This document shows, in pieces, positions 9,215-20,187 of a stretch of 64,000 nt of DNA; the first letter of the stretch is position 1; the number at the start of each line of letters is the position of its first letter. The notes under the pieces were generated by a model, which saw only the letters and a program-made list of their open reading frames with translations, searched no databases and was not told where the DNA came from. The stretch is from Butyricicoccaceae bacterium (GTDB lineage Bacteria; Bacillota; Clostridia; Lachnospirales; Lachnospiraceae), in contig CAVKUW010000115.1 of assembly GCA_963659815.1 (NCBI GenBank), positions 22,193 through 86,192 of the forward strand. Direction: 5' to 3'. The translations under genes and the position numbers were made by a program.

Positions 9215-10588
9215 ATGGGTGAGACGATTGCTGCGATTGCAACCGGGATGGGAGATTCCGGCATAGGAATTATTCGAATCAGTGGAGATACCGCATTACA
9301 GATTGTGAATCAGATATTTCAACCGGCAAATAAAAAGAAAACAATTTTGAATATGGATAGCTATACTGCCGCTTACGGAAAAATCATCTATGAAGGTGCA
9401 CTCTATGATGAAGCAATTGCACTCGTCATGCGCGCCCCAAAGACATACACAACCGAAGATGTTGTGGAGTTAGATTGTCATGGAGGTATCACGGTTCTAA
9501 AGCGCGTATTGGATCTCGTGATCCGACTTGGTGCAAGACCAGCCGAACCAGGCGAATTTACAAAGCGCGCATTTTTAGGTGGACGAATTGATATGTCGCA
9601 GGCAGAATCTGTCATGGATCTGATTCATGCAAAAAATGATATGGCAGCAAAATCATCCCTGCTCCAGCTTCGTGGTGAATTAAAGACCATGATTACAGAC
9701 TTGCGTGATACTTTACTTTATAACATTGCATACATTGAATCCGCCTTAGATGACCCTGAAAATTATTCATTAGATAACTTTCCACAGCAATTACACACCA
9801 CTGTGGATAACATGTTGATAACTGTGAATCATTTACTGTCAACCAGTGAAAATGGACGTATTATCAAAGAGGGAATCCGTACGGTTATCGTTGGACGTCC
9901 AAATGCAGGTAAATCCTCTGTTTTAAACATGCTGTTAGGTGAGGAACGTGCAATTGTCACAGAGGTTGCCGGCACAACAAGAGATACGCTGGAAGAACTG
10001 GTCAATATCGACGGAATTACGCTAAATATCGTGGATACAGCGGGTATTCATGATACAGAAGATATCGTAGAAAAAATCGGTGTAACCAAAGCTATGACAA
10101 CGATTTCTGACGCGGATCTGATTCTTTATATCGTGGATGGAACATGCGCTCTAAATGATGATGATTACCGTATTATGGACGCTTTACAGGGCAAAAAAGT
10201 CATCACTTTAATCAATAAAAACGATCAGAATCTGGTTGTGGATAAGTTGGGGATAACTTCAAAATTAGAGACTAAAATACTGGAAATATCAGCGAAAGAG
10301 GGCACTGGCAAAGAACAGCTTCACGACCTGTTGAAGTCCATGTTCTTCAATCAGGAACTTACCTATAACGACGAACTTTACATCACCAACCTGCGCCACA
10401 AATCATTACTCTATGACACAAGAGAGAGCCTGAACAAAGTCTTAGAAAGTATCGACATGGGAATGGGAGAGGACTTCTTCACGATTGATCTGATGTCCGC
10501 CTACACATCACTTGGCAAAATCATTGGAGAAGAACTTGAAGACGATCTCGTCAACAAGATATTCTCTGAATTCTGCATGGGAAAGTAA
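9215..10588 (+). CDS. mnmE: tRNA modification GTPase TrmE; likely start MGETIAAIAT at 9215
   Basis: TIAAIAT, PGEFTKRAF, GRPNAGKSS, GTTRD, DTAG, NKND, terminal FCMGK; RBS AAAGGTG. Confidence 0.96.
   Translation: MGETIAAIATGMGDSGIGIIRISGDTALQIVNQIFQPANKKKTILNMDSYTAAYGKIIYEGALYDEAIALVMRAPKTYTTEDVVELDCHGGITVLKRVLDLVIRLGARPAEPGEFTKRAFLGGRIDMSQAESVMDLIHAKNDMAAKSSLLQLRGELKTMITDLRDTLLYNIAYIESALDDPENYSLDNFPQQLHTTVDNMLITVNHLLSTSENGRIIKEGIRTVIVGRPNAGKSSVLNMLLGEERAIVTEVAGTTRDTLEELVNIDGITLNIVDTAGIHDTEDIVEKIGVTKAMTTISDADLILYIVDGTCALNDDDYRIMDALQGKKVITLINKNDQNLVVDKLGITSKLETKILEISAKEGTGKEQLHDLLKSMFFNQELTYNDELYITNLRHKSLLYDTRESLNKVLESIDMGMGEDFFTIDLMSAYTSLGKIIGEELEDDLVNKIFSEFCMGK
9778..10256. promoter_or_regulatory. 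DnaA-box clusters inside mnmE
   Basis: Perfect TGTGGATAA at 9802 and 10237; near matches CTTTCCACA 9778, TGTTGATAA 9813, TGTGAATCA 9823, TGGGGATAA 10248. Confidence 0.55.
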
Positions 10589-10679
10589 AGGTCACTTATC
10601 TCGCAGAAGAAAATTATAATATAAAAAATAAATTCATAAGGTAAATATTAAAAATTCAATTATATTCTTAATGTAAATT

Positions 10680-10973
10680 AATAATTGCAAAACACAATCA
10701 ATACTTGAATTCATATATTTCAATATGAATTCATTCAAATATACAATATGTTTGAATCCTAGAAGTTCTTAATGTTCTGTAATTAGACTAGCCATGTTTG
10801 AACACGATGTTCAAACAAGCCGCCACTGAGCCATGGATGGCGAATTGGCGGCGGTGGCGTATTATATCAATATATAAATCAGAACATTTAGAACTTCTTA
10901 GATTCAATACATTGTATATAGAATGAACCATATTGAAATATATGTTCAACTACTACTGTGTTTTGCAATTATT
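10680..10973. mobile_element. Long palindromic MITE-like element B (~100-bp inverted arms)
   Basis: AATAATTGCAAAACACA...TGTGTTTTGCAATTATT termini; arms 10680-10779 and 10880-10973 align as reverse complements with few indels; branched GC core 10791-10858. Confidence 0.75.
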
Positions 10974-10983
10974 TCAACACACT

Positions 10984-11020
10984 AAAAAAGGATACTCGTA
11001 AAAGAGTATCCTTTTCTTTT
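10984..11020. terminator. Bidirectional terminator downstream of jag
   Basis: AAAAGGATACTC-GTAAAA-GAGTATCCTTTT. Confidence 0.85.
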
Positions 11021-11028
11021 AACTTTAA

Positions 11029-11658
11029 TTAAGCATTTTTCTTCAAGTAGATAACAACCTTACGATAAGGCTCTTCACCCTCACTTCTGGTAGCTACATA
11101 TTTATCATTCTGAAGAGCAGAATGGATAATTCTTCTCTCATAAGGATTCATAGGCTCCAGAGTAAATGGTCTTCTTGTTCTCTTAACCTTGAATGAGATA
11201 TTCTTTGCAAGATTCTCCAGTGTATCTTTTCTTCTTGCACGATAATTCTCTGTATCAAGCTTGACACGGATATAAGATTCGCTCTTCTTATTTACGAATA
11301 AGCTGATCAGATACTGCAGAGAATCCAATGTCTGTCCACGCTTACCGATCAGGATACCCATATCCGGACCTTCTACGTCGATATCCATCGTAGCTTCTGC
11401 TTCATCATAATCGATTGTAACCTTTGCTTCGATATCCATAGCCTTGAACAGATTGTCAAGGTATTCCTGAATATCATCTAAGAAGCTTTCCTTTTTCTTA
11501 GCTTTGATCACTGCCGGTTTTGCACCGATTCCTAAAAATCCGGAAGTACCTTTTTCTATTACTTCGTATTCAAGGTCTGTGCTCACGCAACCAAACTCCG
11601 TAGACGCAAGAGTGATTGCTTCATCGACTGTTTTTGCCTTAAACTCTCTATACTCCAC
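11029..11658 (-). CDS. jag: RNA-binding protein Jag/EloR/KhpB
   Basis: Jag_N (KTVDEAI, GFLGIG), KH (LIGKRGQTL), R3H (ERRIIH). Confidence 0.95.
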   Translation of the reverse strand: MEYREFKAKTVDEAITLASTEFGCVSTDLEYEVIEKGTSGFLGIGAKPAVIKAKKKESFLDDIQEYLDNLFKAMDIEAKVTIDYDEAEATMDIDVEGPDMGILIGKRGQTLDSLQYLISLFVNKKSESYIRVKLDTENYRARRKDTLENLAKNISFKVKRTRRPFTLEPMNPYERRIIHSALQNDKYVATRSEGEEPYRKVVIYLKKNA

Positions 11659-11669
11659 TTTTCTTACTC

Positions 11670-12962
11670 CTACTTATCATCTTTATCATTGTTATAACGC
11701 TGCATGATATTTGCTTTCGATGCAAGGGAACCTGCACGATATTTCGTTCCGGCATCATTGCCAGACTTCATTGTGTTAGAAGAATAACTCTTTAAACTTG
11801 CATTCTTTACGCCGTTTTCAACCTTTCCTTCATCGGAAGAGGAAGAAGATGCCTGTCCATAAGCAGCCTCCTGCATTTTCTCCATAAAGGATTTCTTGTT
11901 TTTCTTCTTCTTTTTTGCATTCTTCTTTGCAGCCTTTGCCATACTCTTTTCCAGAATCTTGTCCATATCACAATGCTTAAAGTAAGCATTTGTACAAACA
12001 GTTGTAAGGAAAGAAATAAAGGAACCCATTGCCCAGTAAAGACCTACACCACAAGGTACATTCACACAGACGAAGAAAGAGAAGATTGGCATGACATACA
12101 TCATGGTCTTCATTGTTCCCATCGTAGCCTGCTGTGCCGGATCATCCGAACCCTGCATTGGCGTAACCTTCATACTCAAAAACTGGAAGATAAGTGACAA
12201 TATCGGGATGATAATTGCAGTTGTCAATGCAAAATGTGGAACGGCTGTCAGATCCAAACCGAAGAAGTTATAAATCTGCTTGATATTATCCACATTGCCG
12301 TTGGCTGTCATTGCATCTACGACTGCACCTGAATTGCCAAGCTTCTGAGCAAATGTATCCCACAATGTTCTTGGGAAGTTTGCAAGCACATCAATAATCG
12401 TATTTGTATTTTCATAGTTGATGGACTTCATCGCATTTGTAAGCTGCTGTCCACCATCTGCTGTTACCGCTTCCAAAGCCTTCTGTGCAGCGGAATCACC
12501 CTGGATTGCTGTTGCGATTGGCTTGTACATATCATATACCTTTGGTACATATGCAGGTATATTCTGAATTACGCGGTACAAAGCAAGGAAAATAGGAAGC
12601 TGGATCAACGATGTCACACATCCACTTGTCATGCTGACACCATACTTACTCTGAATCTCTTTCGTGATTCGCTGTACTTCCATCATTGACTGCTGATCTG
12701 TCTTACCTCTGTACTTCTTAGTTGCCTTATTGATTTCCGGCTGGATCATCGCTGTGATTTTGCTCGAACGGTTCTGCTTATACATCAATGGAAAGATGAT
12801 CAAACGCACAAGTAATGTAAACAGAATAATCGCAATACCGATTGATTCCACACCAATTGCATTCAGTCCACGATAAAGCAAACTAAGAATGGCTCCTAAA
12901 AGCCTCGAAATTGGCTTGATAATAAAGCCACCTGACTGTGTTAAAAACATACTGTCCTCCAA
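11670..12962 (-). CDS. yidC: Membrane protein insertase YidC/SpoIIIJ
   Basis: GIAIILFTLLVR, LIQLPIFLALY, GVGLYW; canonical position. Confidence 0.93.
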   Translation of the reverse strand: MEDSMFLTQSGGFIIKPISRLLGAILSLLYRGLNAIGVESIGIAIILFTLLVRLIIFPLMYKQNRSSKITAMIQPEINKATKKYRGKTDQQSMMEVQRITKEIQSKYGVSMTSGCVTSLIQLPIFLALYRVIQNIPAYVPKVYDMYKPIATAIQGDSAAQKALEAVTADGGQQLTNAMKSINYENTNTIIDVLANFPRTLWDTFAQKLGNSGAVVDAMTANGNVDNIKQIYNFFGLDLTAVPHFALTTAIIIPILSLIFQFLSMKVTPMQGSDDPAQQATMGTMKTMMYVMPIFSFFVCVNVPCGVGLYWAMGSFISFLTTVCTNAYFKHCDMDKILEKSMAKAAKKNAKKKKKNKKSFMEKMQEAAYGQASSSSSDEGKVENGVKNASLKSYSSNTMKSGNDAGTKYRAGSLASKANIMQRYNNDKDDK

Positions 12963-12990
12963 TTAGTCGTGTAAGACCCTGTCTTACATA

Positions 12991-13203
12991 TTAAGGAACT
13001 GGATCATATCCACCTTTTGAAAATGGATTGCATCGAAGGATTCTCCATACTGTCAGGGCTGTTCCTTTGAAAAAACCATATTTCTGATATGCTTCAATCG
13101 CATAATTGGAACAGGTTGGATAATATTTGCAGTGACCATATTTCTTCCAGGGTGAAATGTATTTCTGATACAGACGTATCATCTTAATACATGCCTTTTT
13201 CAT
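12991..13203 (-). CDS. yidD: Membrane protein insertion efficiency factor
   Basis: [32 protein letters not shown]. Confidence 0.95.
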   Translation of the reverse strand: MKKACIKMIRLYQKYISPWKKYGHCKYYPTCSNYAIEAYQKYGFFKGTALTVWRILRCNPFSKGGYDPVP

Positions 13204-13574
13204 TCCATCACCTCCGAAACAGTATCCTGCATCAAAATCTCATGTTTTTTTGCCAGATGCAAAAATGCAGAATCTATCTCGTAAAAAGATTTACCTTTTG
13301 CATTCATTCTTGCGACAACCACAAGATCATATCCCGGTTTTATCCGATATTGATTCAAACGATACGTTTCCCTGATCAGTCTGGTCAAACGATGCCTGAC
13401 CACACTATTACCAACTTTCTTACTAACAGAGATTCCAATTCTACTGTAATCCAAGTTGTTGGCCCTCAGATACATCACTAAATACTTATTGGCAAACGAT
13501 TCTTTTTGGTTATACACCTTGCCGAACTCTCTGTTATTTTTAAGTGTAACTATATGTCTCATACAATTCTCCAC
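13200..13574 (-). CDS. rnpA: Ribonuclease P protein component (start may be 13562)
   Basis: [25 protein letters not shown]. Confidence 0.95.
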   Translation of the reverse strand: MENCMRHIVTLKNNREFGKVYNQKESFANKYLVMYLRANNLDYSRIGISVSKKVGNSVVRHRLTRLIRETYRLNQYRIKPGYDLVVVARMNAKGKSFYEIDSAFLHLAKKHEILMQDTVSEVME

Positions 13575-13580
13575 TTAATG

Positions 13581-13604
13581 AAAAAGGTCACAGTACCTGT
13601 GACC
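13581..13604 (-). terminator. Terminator/attenuator after rpmH
   Basis: GGTCACAG-GTA-CTGTGACC followed by TTTTT on the minus strand. Confidence 0.7.
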
Positions 13605-13738
13605 TACGCTGATAACTGCTTTCTGCCCTTAGCACGTCTTGCGGCCAATACCTTTCTTCCGTTTGCTGTGCTCATTCTCTTTCTGAAGCCGTGAACTTTA
13701 GAACGCTGTCTCTTCTTTGGCTGAAATGTCATTTTCAT
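13604..13738 (-). CDS. rpmH: 50S ribosomal protein L34 (absent from ORF track)
   Basis: Translates [52 protein letters not shown]. Confidence 0.97.
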   Translation of the reverse strand: MKMTFQPKKRQRSKVHGFRKRMSTANGRKVLAARRAKGRKQLSA

Positions 13739-13826
13739 AATGAAAGTCCTCCTTTTCTATATAGTTATGCCCGAAAACTGCATACTCGCCTATTATATTG
13801 AAAAAATAAGCTTCCGTCAATAGAAG

Positions 13827-14124
13827 TTATCCACAAATATATAGGGATATACCCACCTAATTTACATAATGTTATCCACAAATTGTTATTAACTTGTGGA
13901 AAACTTGTATATTTCATGTTCATTTATCCTCAAAACGCCTATTTTACGTCATTTTGGATATACACAATTTTCCAAGTAAACCTAATTTTACTTTACATAA
14001 CATCTTATATCACTCATTATTATTTTTCTTCCTATAATTATGTAGTAAAAATCTCCGAAATCCACGCCCAAAACTTGCTAAAATTCTGAATTTATTGTAA
14101 AATAGAATCCAAGTGTGCGGATAA
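13827..14124. promoter_or_regulatory. oriC left half / dnaA promoter DnaA boxes
   Basis: TTATCCACA at 13827 and 13872, TGTGGAAAA 13895, TTATCCTCA 13924, TGCGGATAA 14116 in an AT-rich intergenic region. Confidence 0.85.
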
Positions 14125-14152
14125 AGGAAGCACGGTATTTAGGAGTTATGAT

Positions 14153-15532
14153 ATGAAAGAATTAATCGAATCAAAATGGGAAGAGATCCTGTCTCTTCTG
14201 GAAACTGAATATGACATTTCCAGTATCATGATCAATACATGGATTCGTTCCCTCAAAATATATGAGGTTAAAAATAACACGGTTTATTTTTATGTAGATG
14301 AAAAGCTCGGTGAGAATGCGCTGAAGTTTTTAAAGCGCAAAGAGTTTGACATTTTTTTGCTTTCCTCTATTCGCGAGACATTAAATGACAGTACGATTGA
14401 TATTGTGATTGACGAAAAGAAAAATCTGATTGAAAGCGACGAAGAAGCCAGAAAAGAGTCTGTACAAAAATCCGACTCTTACAAGGAAGCAGTCAGCCGC
14501 AGCAATCTGAATCCAAAATATACATTTGATACGTTTATTGTCGGAGAAGGAAACCGACACGCTCACGCGACATGTCTGGCAGTTGCCGATCTTCCGGGAC
14601 AGGATAATTTCAATCCATTGTTCTTATATGGAAACTCCGGACTTGGAAAGACGCATCTCATGCAGTCCATCGCACATTACATCCTGCAGAAGGATGATAA
14701 GACGAAGGTTTTGTATGTGCCATCCGAGACATTTACACATGAGATCATCGACGCGATCAAGAATCATACGACAAATGAATTCCGTGAGAAATACAGAAAT
14801 GTGGACGTCCTGTTGATTGATGACATTCAGTTTATCATCAAAAAGGAGAGTACACAGACGGAATTTTTCAATACGTTTAATGAACTTTATAATAATAAGA
14901 AACAGATTATTCTTTCTTCCGACCAGCCTCCAAAGGAGCTGCAGTCTTTGAATGAGAGAATCCGTTCCCGTTTTGAGTGTGGTATCCCGATTGATATTCA
15001 CGAGCCTGACTATGAAACACGTATGGCAATCCTCAAGACGAAAGCGGAGATGGATCATTTAAATGATATTCCGGAAGAAGTGTTCCAGTATATCGCTGAG
15101 AATGTTACCAACAACATCCGGGAGCTCGAAGGTGCGCTTCATAAGATTGGCATTTTCTCCAAGCTTATGAAGGAAGAGGTTACACTGGAGACAGCTAAAG
15201 AATCTCTGAAAGATCTGATCAACAAAGAAAAGAATGAGACAATTACCGGTGAGACGATTCTCAAGACGGTATCCGAGCATATGAATATCTCTCCAGATGA
15301 TATCCGCTCCAAGAAGCGTAGCCAGGATATCGCGACAGCCCGACAGGTCGTTATGTACTTATGTCGAAAGCTTACAGTGATGTCTCTGCAGTCTGCGGGT
15401 AATATCGTCGGCGGTCGTGACCATACAACAGTCATCAACGGCATTAATCGTGTTGAGGCGAAACGGAAAGAAGATCCGGCATTCAACAATACAATTGAGA
15501 CGATCATCAAAAAACTGGATACAAACACATAG
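14153..15532 (+). CDS. dnaA: Chromosomal replication initiator
   Basis: NPLFLYGNSGLGKTHL, LLIDDIQF, NIRELEGA, GGRDHTTV. Confidence 0.98.
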   Translation: MKELIESKWEEILSLLETEYDISSIMINTWIRSLKIYEVKNNTVYFYVDEKLGENALKFLKRKEFDIFLLSSIRETLNDSTIDIVIDEKKNLIESDEEARKESVQKSDSYKEAVSRSNLNPKYTFDTFIVGEGNRHAHATCLAVADLPGQDNFNPLFLYGNSGLGKTHLMQSIAHYILQKDDKTKVLYVPSETFTHEIIDAIKNHTTNEFREKYRNVDVLLIDDIQFIIKKESTQTEFFNTFNELYNNKKQIILSSDQPPKELQSLNERIRSRFECGIPIDIHEPDYETRMAILKTKAEMDHLNDIPEEVFQYIAENVTNNIRELEGALHKIGIFSKLMKEEVTLETAKESLKDLINKEKNETITGETILKTVSEHMNISPDDIRSKKRSQDIATARQVVMYLCRKLTVMSLQSAGNIVGGRDHTTVINGINRVEAKRKEDPAFNNTIETIIKKLDTNT

Positions 15533-15760
15533 ATTTGCACATGAATTTGTGATTTGATTGAAGATAACCTGTTGACACTTTTTTTAACCATTCTTATGTT
15601 AACTTTAATGTGTGAAGTTATCCAGATGCTTCCACATAGAGTGAAATGCATTTCAACATGGTTATAAAGGTGGATTTAACCAGCAGCCATCAATGTTTTT
15701 GAGAGTTATATACATATCCACAGCTACTACTATTACTACTACTAATTTATATTCTATATT
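15533..15760. other. oriC: oriC right half with unwinding element
   Basis: Overlapping boxes TTATATACA/ATATCCACA 15706-15722, then trio-like repeat CTACTACTATTACTACTACTA 15724-15744, then an AT-rich tract. Confidence 0.85.
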
Positions 15761-15799
15761 TATGACTCAGGCGCAGCCTCGAAAGGAGTTTCAACTAAC

Positions 15800-16915
15800 A
15801 TGAAGATAAAATGTTCAAAAGTAAACCTGTTAAATTCTCTTAACATCGTTTCAAAAGCAGTTTCTACAAAAACAATATTACCAATCTTGGAATGTATCTT
15901 AATTGATGTATATGCAGACAGCATTAAGCTGACAGCAAATGACCTTGAGATTGGTATTGAAACAATCTTAGATGGTGAAGTAATTGAAATGGGACGCATT
16001 GCGATTGAAGCAAAGCTGTTCAATGATATCGTTCGTAAGCTTCCAAATAGTGAAATCTTTATCGAGACAACACCGGATTATAATACAATCATCCGTTGTG
16101 AAAAATCAAAGTTTGTCATTCCATCCAAATCCGGTGAGGACTTTACAGAACTTCCTCAGATTGAGAAGGAAAAGAGTATTGAGCTTTCCCAGTTTTCTTT
16201 GAAGGAGATTATCCGACAGACAATCTTCTCAATCTCAGATAATGAGAATAACAAGCTGATGACTGGTGAGTTGTTTGAGGTAAAGGATGGTGTGCTTCAG
16301 GTCGTATCTCTGGATGGACATCGTATTTCACTTCGTAATCTGGCATTGAAGGGAAATGCTTCAAATGTCAGCGTTGTTGTACCGGGAAAGACACTCAATG
16401 ATCTGTCAAAGATCATCACAGGTGGTGTCGATGATATGGTAACGGTTTACTTTACAGACAGACATATTTTATTTGAGTTTGAGAATACAATAGTAGTGTC
16501 CCGTCTGCTTGAGGGAGAATATTTCAAGATCGTACAGATGCTTTCTATGGATCATAAGATCAAGGTTCGCGTAAATAACAGAGAGTTGTTTGATTGTATC
16601 GATCGTGCTTCTATCCTCATGCGTGAGTCAGATAAGAAGCCAATCGTTGTCAGTATCAAAAATGATAACCGTATGTATCTCAAAGTCGATACGATGATGG
16701 GTTCCATGAATGAAGAAATCGAAATCACAAAAGATGGAGAGGAAATCATCATTGGATTTAACCCAAGATTCTTAACAGATGTATTAAAGGTTATTGATGA
16801 TGAAGAAATCTTTATCTACATGCGCGATGAAAAATCACCATGTATTATCCGGGATGATGCAGGAACATATATCTACGTTGTATTACCAGTCAATATCAAT
16901 GCGGGGGCTTATTAA
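15800..16915 (+). CDS. dnaN: DNA polymerase III beta clamp
   Basis: ANDLEIGI, SLDGHRIS, SRLLEGEY, GFNPRFL, YVVLPV. Confidence 0.97.
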   Translation: MKIKCSKVNLLNSLNIVSKAVSTKTILPILECILIDVYADSIKLTANDLEIGIETILDGEVIEMGRIAIEAKLFNDIVRKLPNSEIFIETTPDYNTIIRCEKSKFVIPSKSGEDFTELPQIEKEKSIELSQFSLKEIIRQTIFSISDNENNKLMTGELFEVKDGVLQVVSLDGHRISLRNLALKGNASNVSVVVPGKTLNDLSKIITGGVDDMVTVYFTDRHILFEFENTIVVSRLLEGEYFKIVQMLSMDHKIKVRVNNRELFDCIDRASILMRESDKKPIVVSIKNDNRMYLKVDTMMGSMNEEIEITKDGEEIIIGFNPRFLTDVLKVIDDEEIFIYMRDEKSPCIIRDDAGTYIYVVLPVNINAGAY

Positions 16916-16917
16916 TC

Positions 16918-17142
16918 ATGGGTGAGATGCATATTTTAAAGCTTCGCGAGGGCGAGGAATATATCAAATTAGGACAGGCACTCAAGGCAACAGGACTTGC
17001 AGATTCTGGAATTGATGCAAAAGAAATCGTTCAGCAGGGACTGGTTTTAGTTAATGGTGAGATTGACGAGCGTCGTGGAAGAAAGCTCTATGATGGTGAT
17101 GAAGTCGTTTTCGATGATAATAAGATCAGTATTCAGAAGTAA
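16918..17142 (+). CDS. yaaA: S4-domain protein YaaA
   Basis: YIKLGQALK, RRGRKL; between dnaN and recF. Confidence 0.9.
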   Translation: MGEMHILKLREGEEYIKLGQALKATGLADSGIDAKEIVQQGLVLVNGEIDERRGRKLYDGDEVVFDDNKISIQK

Positions 17143-17166
17143 TTTCTGTGCAAATGAGGTGTAGGT

Positions 17167-18258
17167 ATGTATATTGAAAATCTGGCACTGCAAAATTACA
17201 GAAATTATGCGCGTGCCGAGATTACATTTTCCGATGGTATCAACATTTTGTATGGGGATAACGCACAGGGAAAGACCAACATATTGGAAGCTATCTACCT
17301 GATTGGAACGACAAAGAGTCACAGAGGAAGCAAGGATCGGGAAATCATACGGTTTGATGCAGATGAAAGTCATATCCGCGCAGAAATAAAAAAAGATGGC
17401 ATGCATCGAAGGATTGATATGCATCTGAAGAAGAGCAAATCCAAGGGAATTGCAATCGATATGGTACCAATCCGCAGAAGTTCTGAGTTGCTTGGTACGA
17501 TGAATATGGTTTTCTTCTCCCCGGAAGATCTGTCTATCATCAAAAACAGTCCGGCAGAGCGAAGAAATTTCATGGATATGGAATTATGCCAGTTGGATAA
17601 GATTTATGTGAGTCTGCTGGCAAATTATAAAAAAGTGTTAGATCAGAGAAACAATCTGTTAAGGCAGATTGGCTTTGATAAAAGCAAAATGGATATGCTG
17701 CCAGTCTGGGATGACCAACTGGTAAAATATGGTATAGAAATTATTAAAAAAAGGAATCATTTTATTGATTTGATAAATGAGATAATTCCTGATATACATA
17801 GCAATTTAACGTCGGGAAAAGAACATTTGTGTCTGGTATATGAGAAAAATGCGGAAGCGGAAAGTTTTGCATCGATGCTTGCAGAAAAACAGGAGATGGA
17901 CTTACGTTATCAGACAACACAGACCGGTCCTCACCGCGATGATATTGCGTTTTTAATCGACGGTATGGATGTGAGAAAGTTCGGTTCGCAGGGACAGCAG
18001 CGTACAGTGGCGCTGTCATTGAAGCTTGCAGAAATCGAACTGGTAAAGAGACTGATACAGGATAATCCCATATTACTGTTAGACGATGTAATGTCTGAGC
18101 TGGATCGAAGCCGGCAAGATGCGTTATTAGAGTCTATTCGAGGAATCCAAACGATTCTTACATGTACAGGATATGATGATTTTATAAAGGAACGGCTGAC
18201 AATCGATAAAGTCTATAAGGTTGTTGCCGGAACAATACAGGAGGAGTTAGATGGGTAA
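17167..18258 (+). CDS. recF: DNA replication/repair protein RecF
   Basis: [33 protein letters not shown]. Confidence 0.97.
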   Translation: MYIENLALQNYRNYARAEITFSDGINILYGDNAQGKTNILEAIYLIGTTKSHRGSKDREIIRFDADESHIRAEIKKDGMHRRIDMHLKKSKSKGIAIDMVPIRRSSELLGTMNMVFFSPEDLSIIKNSPAERRNFMDMELCQLDKIYVSLLANYKKVLDQRNNLLRQIGFDKSKMDMLPVWDDQLVKYGIEIIKKRNHFIDLINEIIPDIHSNLTSGKEHLCLVYEKNAEAESFASMLAEKQEMDLRYQTTQTGPHRDDIAFLIDGMDVRKFGSQGQQRTVALSLKLAEIELVKRLIQDNPILLLDDVMSELDRSRQDALLESIRGIQTILTCTGYDDFIKERLTIDKVYKVVAGTIQEELDG

Positions 18259-20173
18259 TCAAAATGAAAGCAATTATGATGCGAATCAAATCCAGATTTT
18301 GGAAGGTTTGCAGGCGGTTCGTAAAAGACCGGGTATGTATATCGGTAGTACCTCGACAAGAGGACTGCATCATCTTGTATATGAGATCGTAGACAATGCA
18401 GTCGATGAGGCACTGGCAGGATTCTGTACAGAAATTGATGTATCAATCAACGAAGATGGTTCTGTTACGGTTATCGATAATGGACGTGGTATTCCGACAG
18501 GTATACACAAGAAGGCTGGTATTCCAGCCGTTGAGGTTGTATTTACAATTCTGCATGCCGGCGGTAAGTTCGGCGGTGGCGGATACAAGGTATCCGGTGG
18601 TCTGCATGGTGTAGGTGCATCTGTTGTAAATGCGCTTTCGAACTGGCTGGAGGTTGAAATTTCCAGAGATGGAAAAATCTATAAGCAGCGTTATGAGCGC
18701 GGAAATGTAATTTACAAATTAAAAGAGATTGGCAAGACCGACAAGACCGGAACCAAGGTTACATTTATGCCGGATGATACGATCTTTGATGACACAATTT
18801 TTGATTACAAGGTACTTCGTACAAGACTTCGTGAGATGGCTTTCCTGACAAAGGGATTGAAGATCAATCTCGAAGATAAGCGTGAGGGCAAGGAGCAGAG
18901 AGAATCCTTCCACTATGAAGGTGGTATCAAGGAGTTCATCGCTTACCTGAATAAGACAAAGACTGCACTTTACGACAAGATCATCTATATCGAAGGCAAC
19001 AAGGATGATATCTATGTTGAAGTGGCAATGCAGCACAACGACTCTTACAATGAGCTGACATTGAGCTTTGTAAATAATATCAACACACCGGAAGGTGGTA
19101 TGCACCTGACTGGTTTCAAGAGTGCACTTACAAAGGTGTTCAATGATTATGCAAGAAGCAATAAGATTCTGCGTGACAAAGAAGAAAACCTGTCTGGTGA
19201 TGATTTGCGAGAAGGTCTGACTGCTATCGTAAGTATCAAGATTCCAGAGCCACAGTTTGAGGGACAGACAAAGCAGAAGCTTGGTAATGCAGAAGCCAGA
19301 ACTGCAGTAGAGGGACTTGTAACAGAGAAGCTTACTTATTTCTTGGAGCAGAATCCGCAGGTAGCAAAGGCTATCGTTGGTAAGGCGGTTGTCGCACAGC
19401 GTGCCCGTATGGCAGCCAGAAAGGCAAGAGATGTTGCCCGTAAGAGTACACTTGAGACGAACATGGCGCTTCCTGGTAAGCTTGCCGATTGTTCTGATCC
19501 AAATCCAAAGAACTGCGAGATCTACATCGTAGAGGGAGATTCCGCTGGTGGCTCTGCAAAGACTGCCAGATCCCGTGCAACACAGGCAATCCTTCCACTG
19601 CGTGGTAAGATTCTGAACGTAGAGAAAGCAAGAATCGACCGGATTCTTGGAAATGAAGAGATCAAAGCCATGATTACCGCGTTTGGTACCGGTATTCGTG
19701 AGAATTTCAATATTGAGAAGCTTCGGTATGACAAGATCATTATCATGACCGATGCCGATGTCGATGGTGCACATATTGCAACCTTGATGTTAACCTTCTT
19801 CTTCCGGTTCATGCCGGATCTGATCAAGGAAGGACATGTATATCTGGCACAGCCACCATTGTACAAGCTGGAGAAGAACAAGAAGACATGGTATGCATAC
19901 AGTGACGAAGAACTGGCAGATATCTTAAATGAAGTTGGTCGTGACCAGAATAACAAGATCCAGCGATACAAAGGACTTGGTGAGATGGATGCCGAGCAGT
20001 TGTGGGATACAACCATGGATCCGGAAAAGCGTATTTTATTGCGTGTAGCAATTGATGAGAACAGTGAGTCTGAGCTTGACTTAACTTTCGATACATTGAT
20101 GGGTGAGAGAGTAGAGCCTAGACGTGAATTTATAGAGGCAAATGCAAAATTCGTTAAGAATCTTGACATTTAA
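18251..20173 (+). CDS. gyrB: DNA gyrase subunit B
   Basis: [39 protein letters not shown]. Confidence 0.98.
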   Translation: MGNQNESNYDANQIQILEGLQAVRKRPGMYIGSTSTRGLHHLVYEIVDNAVDEALAGFCTEIDVSINEDGSVTVIDNGRGIPTGIHKKAGIPAVEVVFTILHAGGKFGGGGYKVSGGLHGVGASVVNALSNWLEVEISRDGKIYKQRYERGNVIYKLKEIGKTDKTGTKVTFMPDDTIFDDTIFDYKVLRTRLREMAFLTKGLKINLEDKREGKEQRESFHYEGGIKEFIAYLNKTKTALYDKIIYIEGNKDDIYVEVAMQHNDSYNELTLSFVNNINTPEGGMHLTGFKSALTKVFNDYARSNKILRDKEENLSGDDLREGLTAIVSIKIPEPQFEGQTKQKLGNAEARTAVEGLVTEKLTYFLEQNPQVAKAIVGKAVVAQRARMAARKARDVARKSTLETNMALPGKLADCSDPNPKNCEIYIVEGDSAGGSAKTARSRATQAILPLRGKILNVEKARIDRILGNEEIKAMITAFGTGIRENFNIEKLRYDKIIIMTDADVDGAHIATLMLTFFFRFMPDLIKEGHVYLAQPPLYKLEKNKKTWYAYSDEELADILNEVGRDQNNKIQRYKGLGEMDAEQLWDTTMDPEKRILLRVAIDENSESELDLTFDTLMGERVEPRREFIEANAKFVKNLDI

Positions 20174-20187
20174 GTAGGAGGAGAACA

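Noticed and set aside
10680..10973. Element B as retron msr-msd
   Set aside because: No reverse transcriptase in the window; the deleted copy argues for a repeat family.
18719..19774. 351-aa antisense ORF in gyrB (and similar shadow ORFs in other conserved genes)
   Set aside because: Typical codon-bias shadow of a conserved gene; no recognisable motifs.
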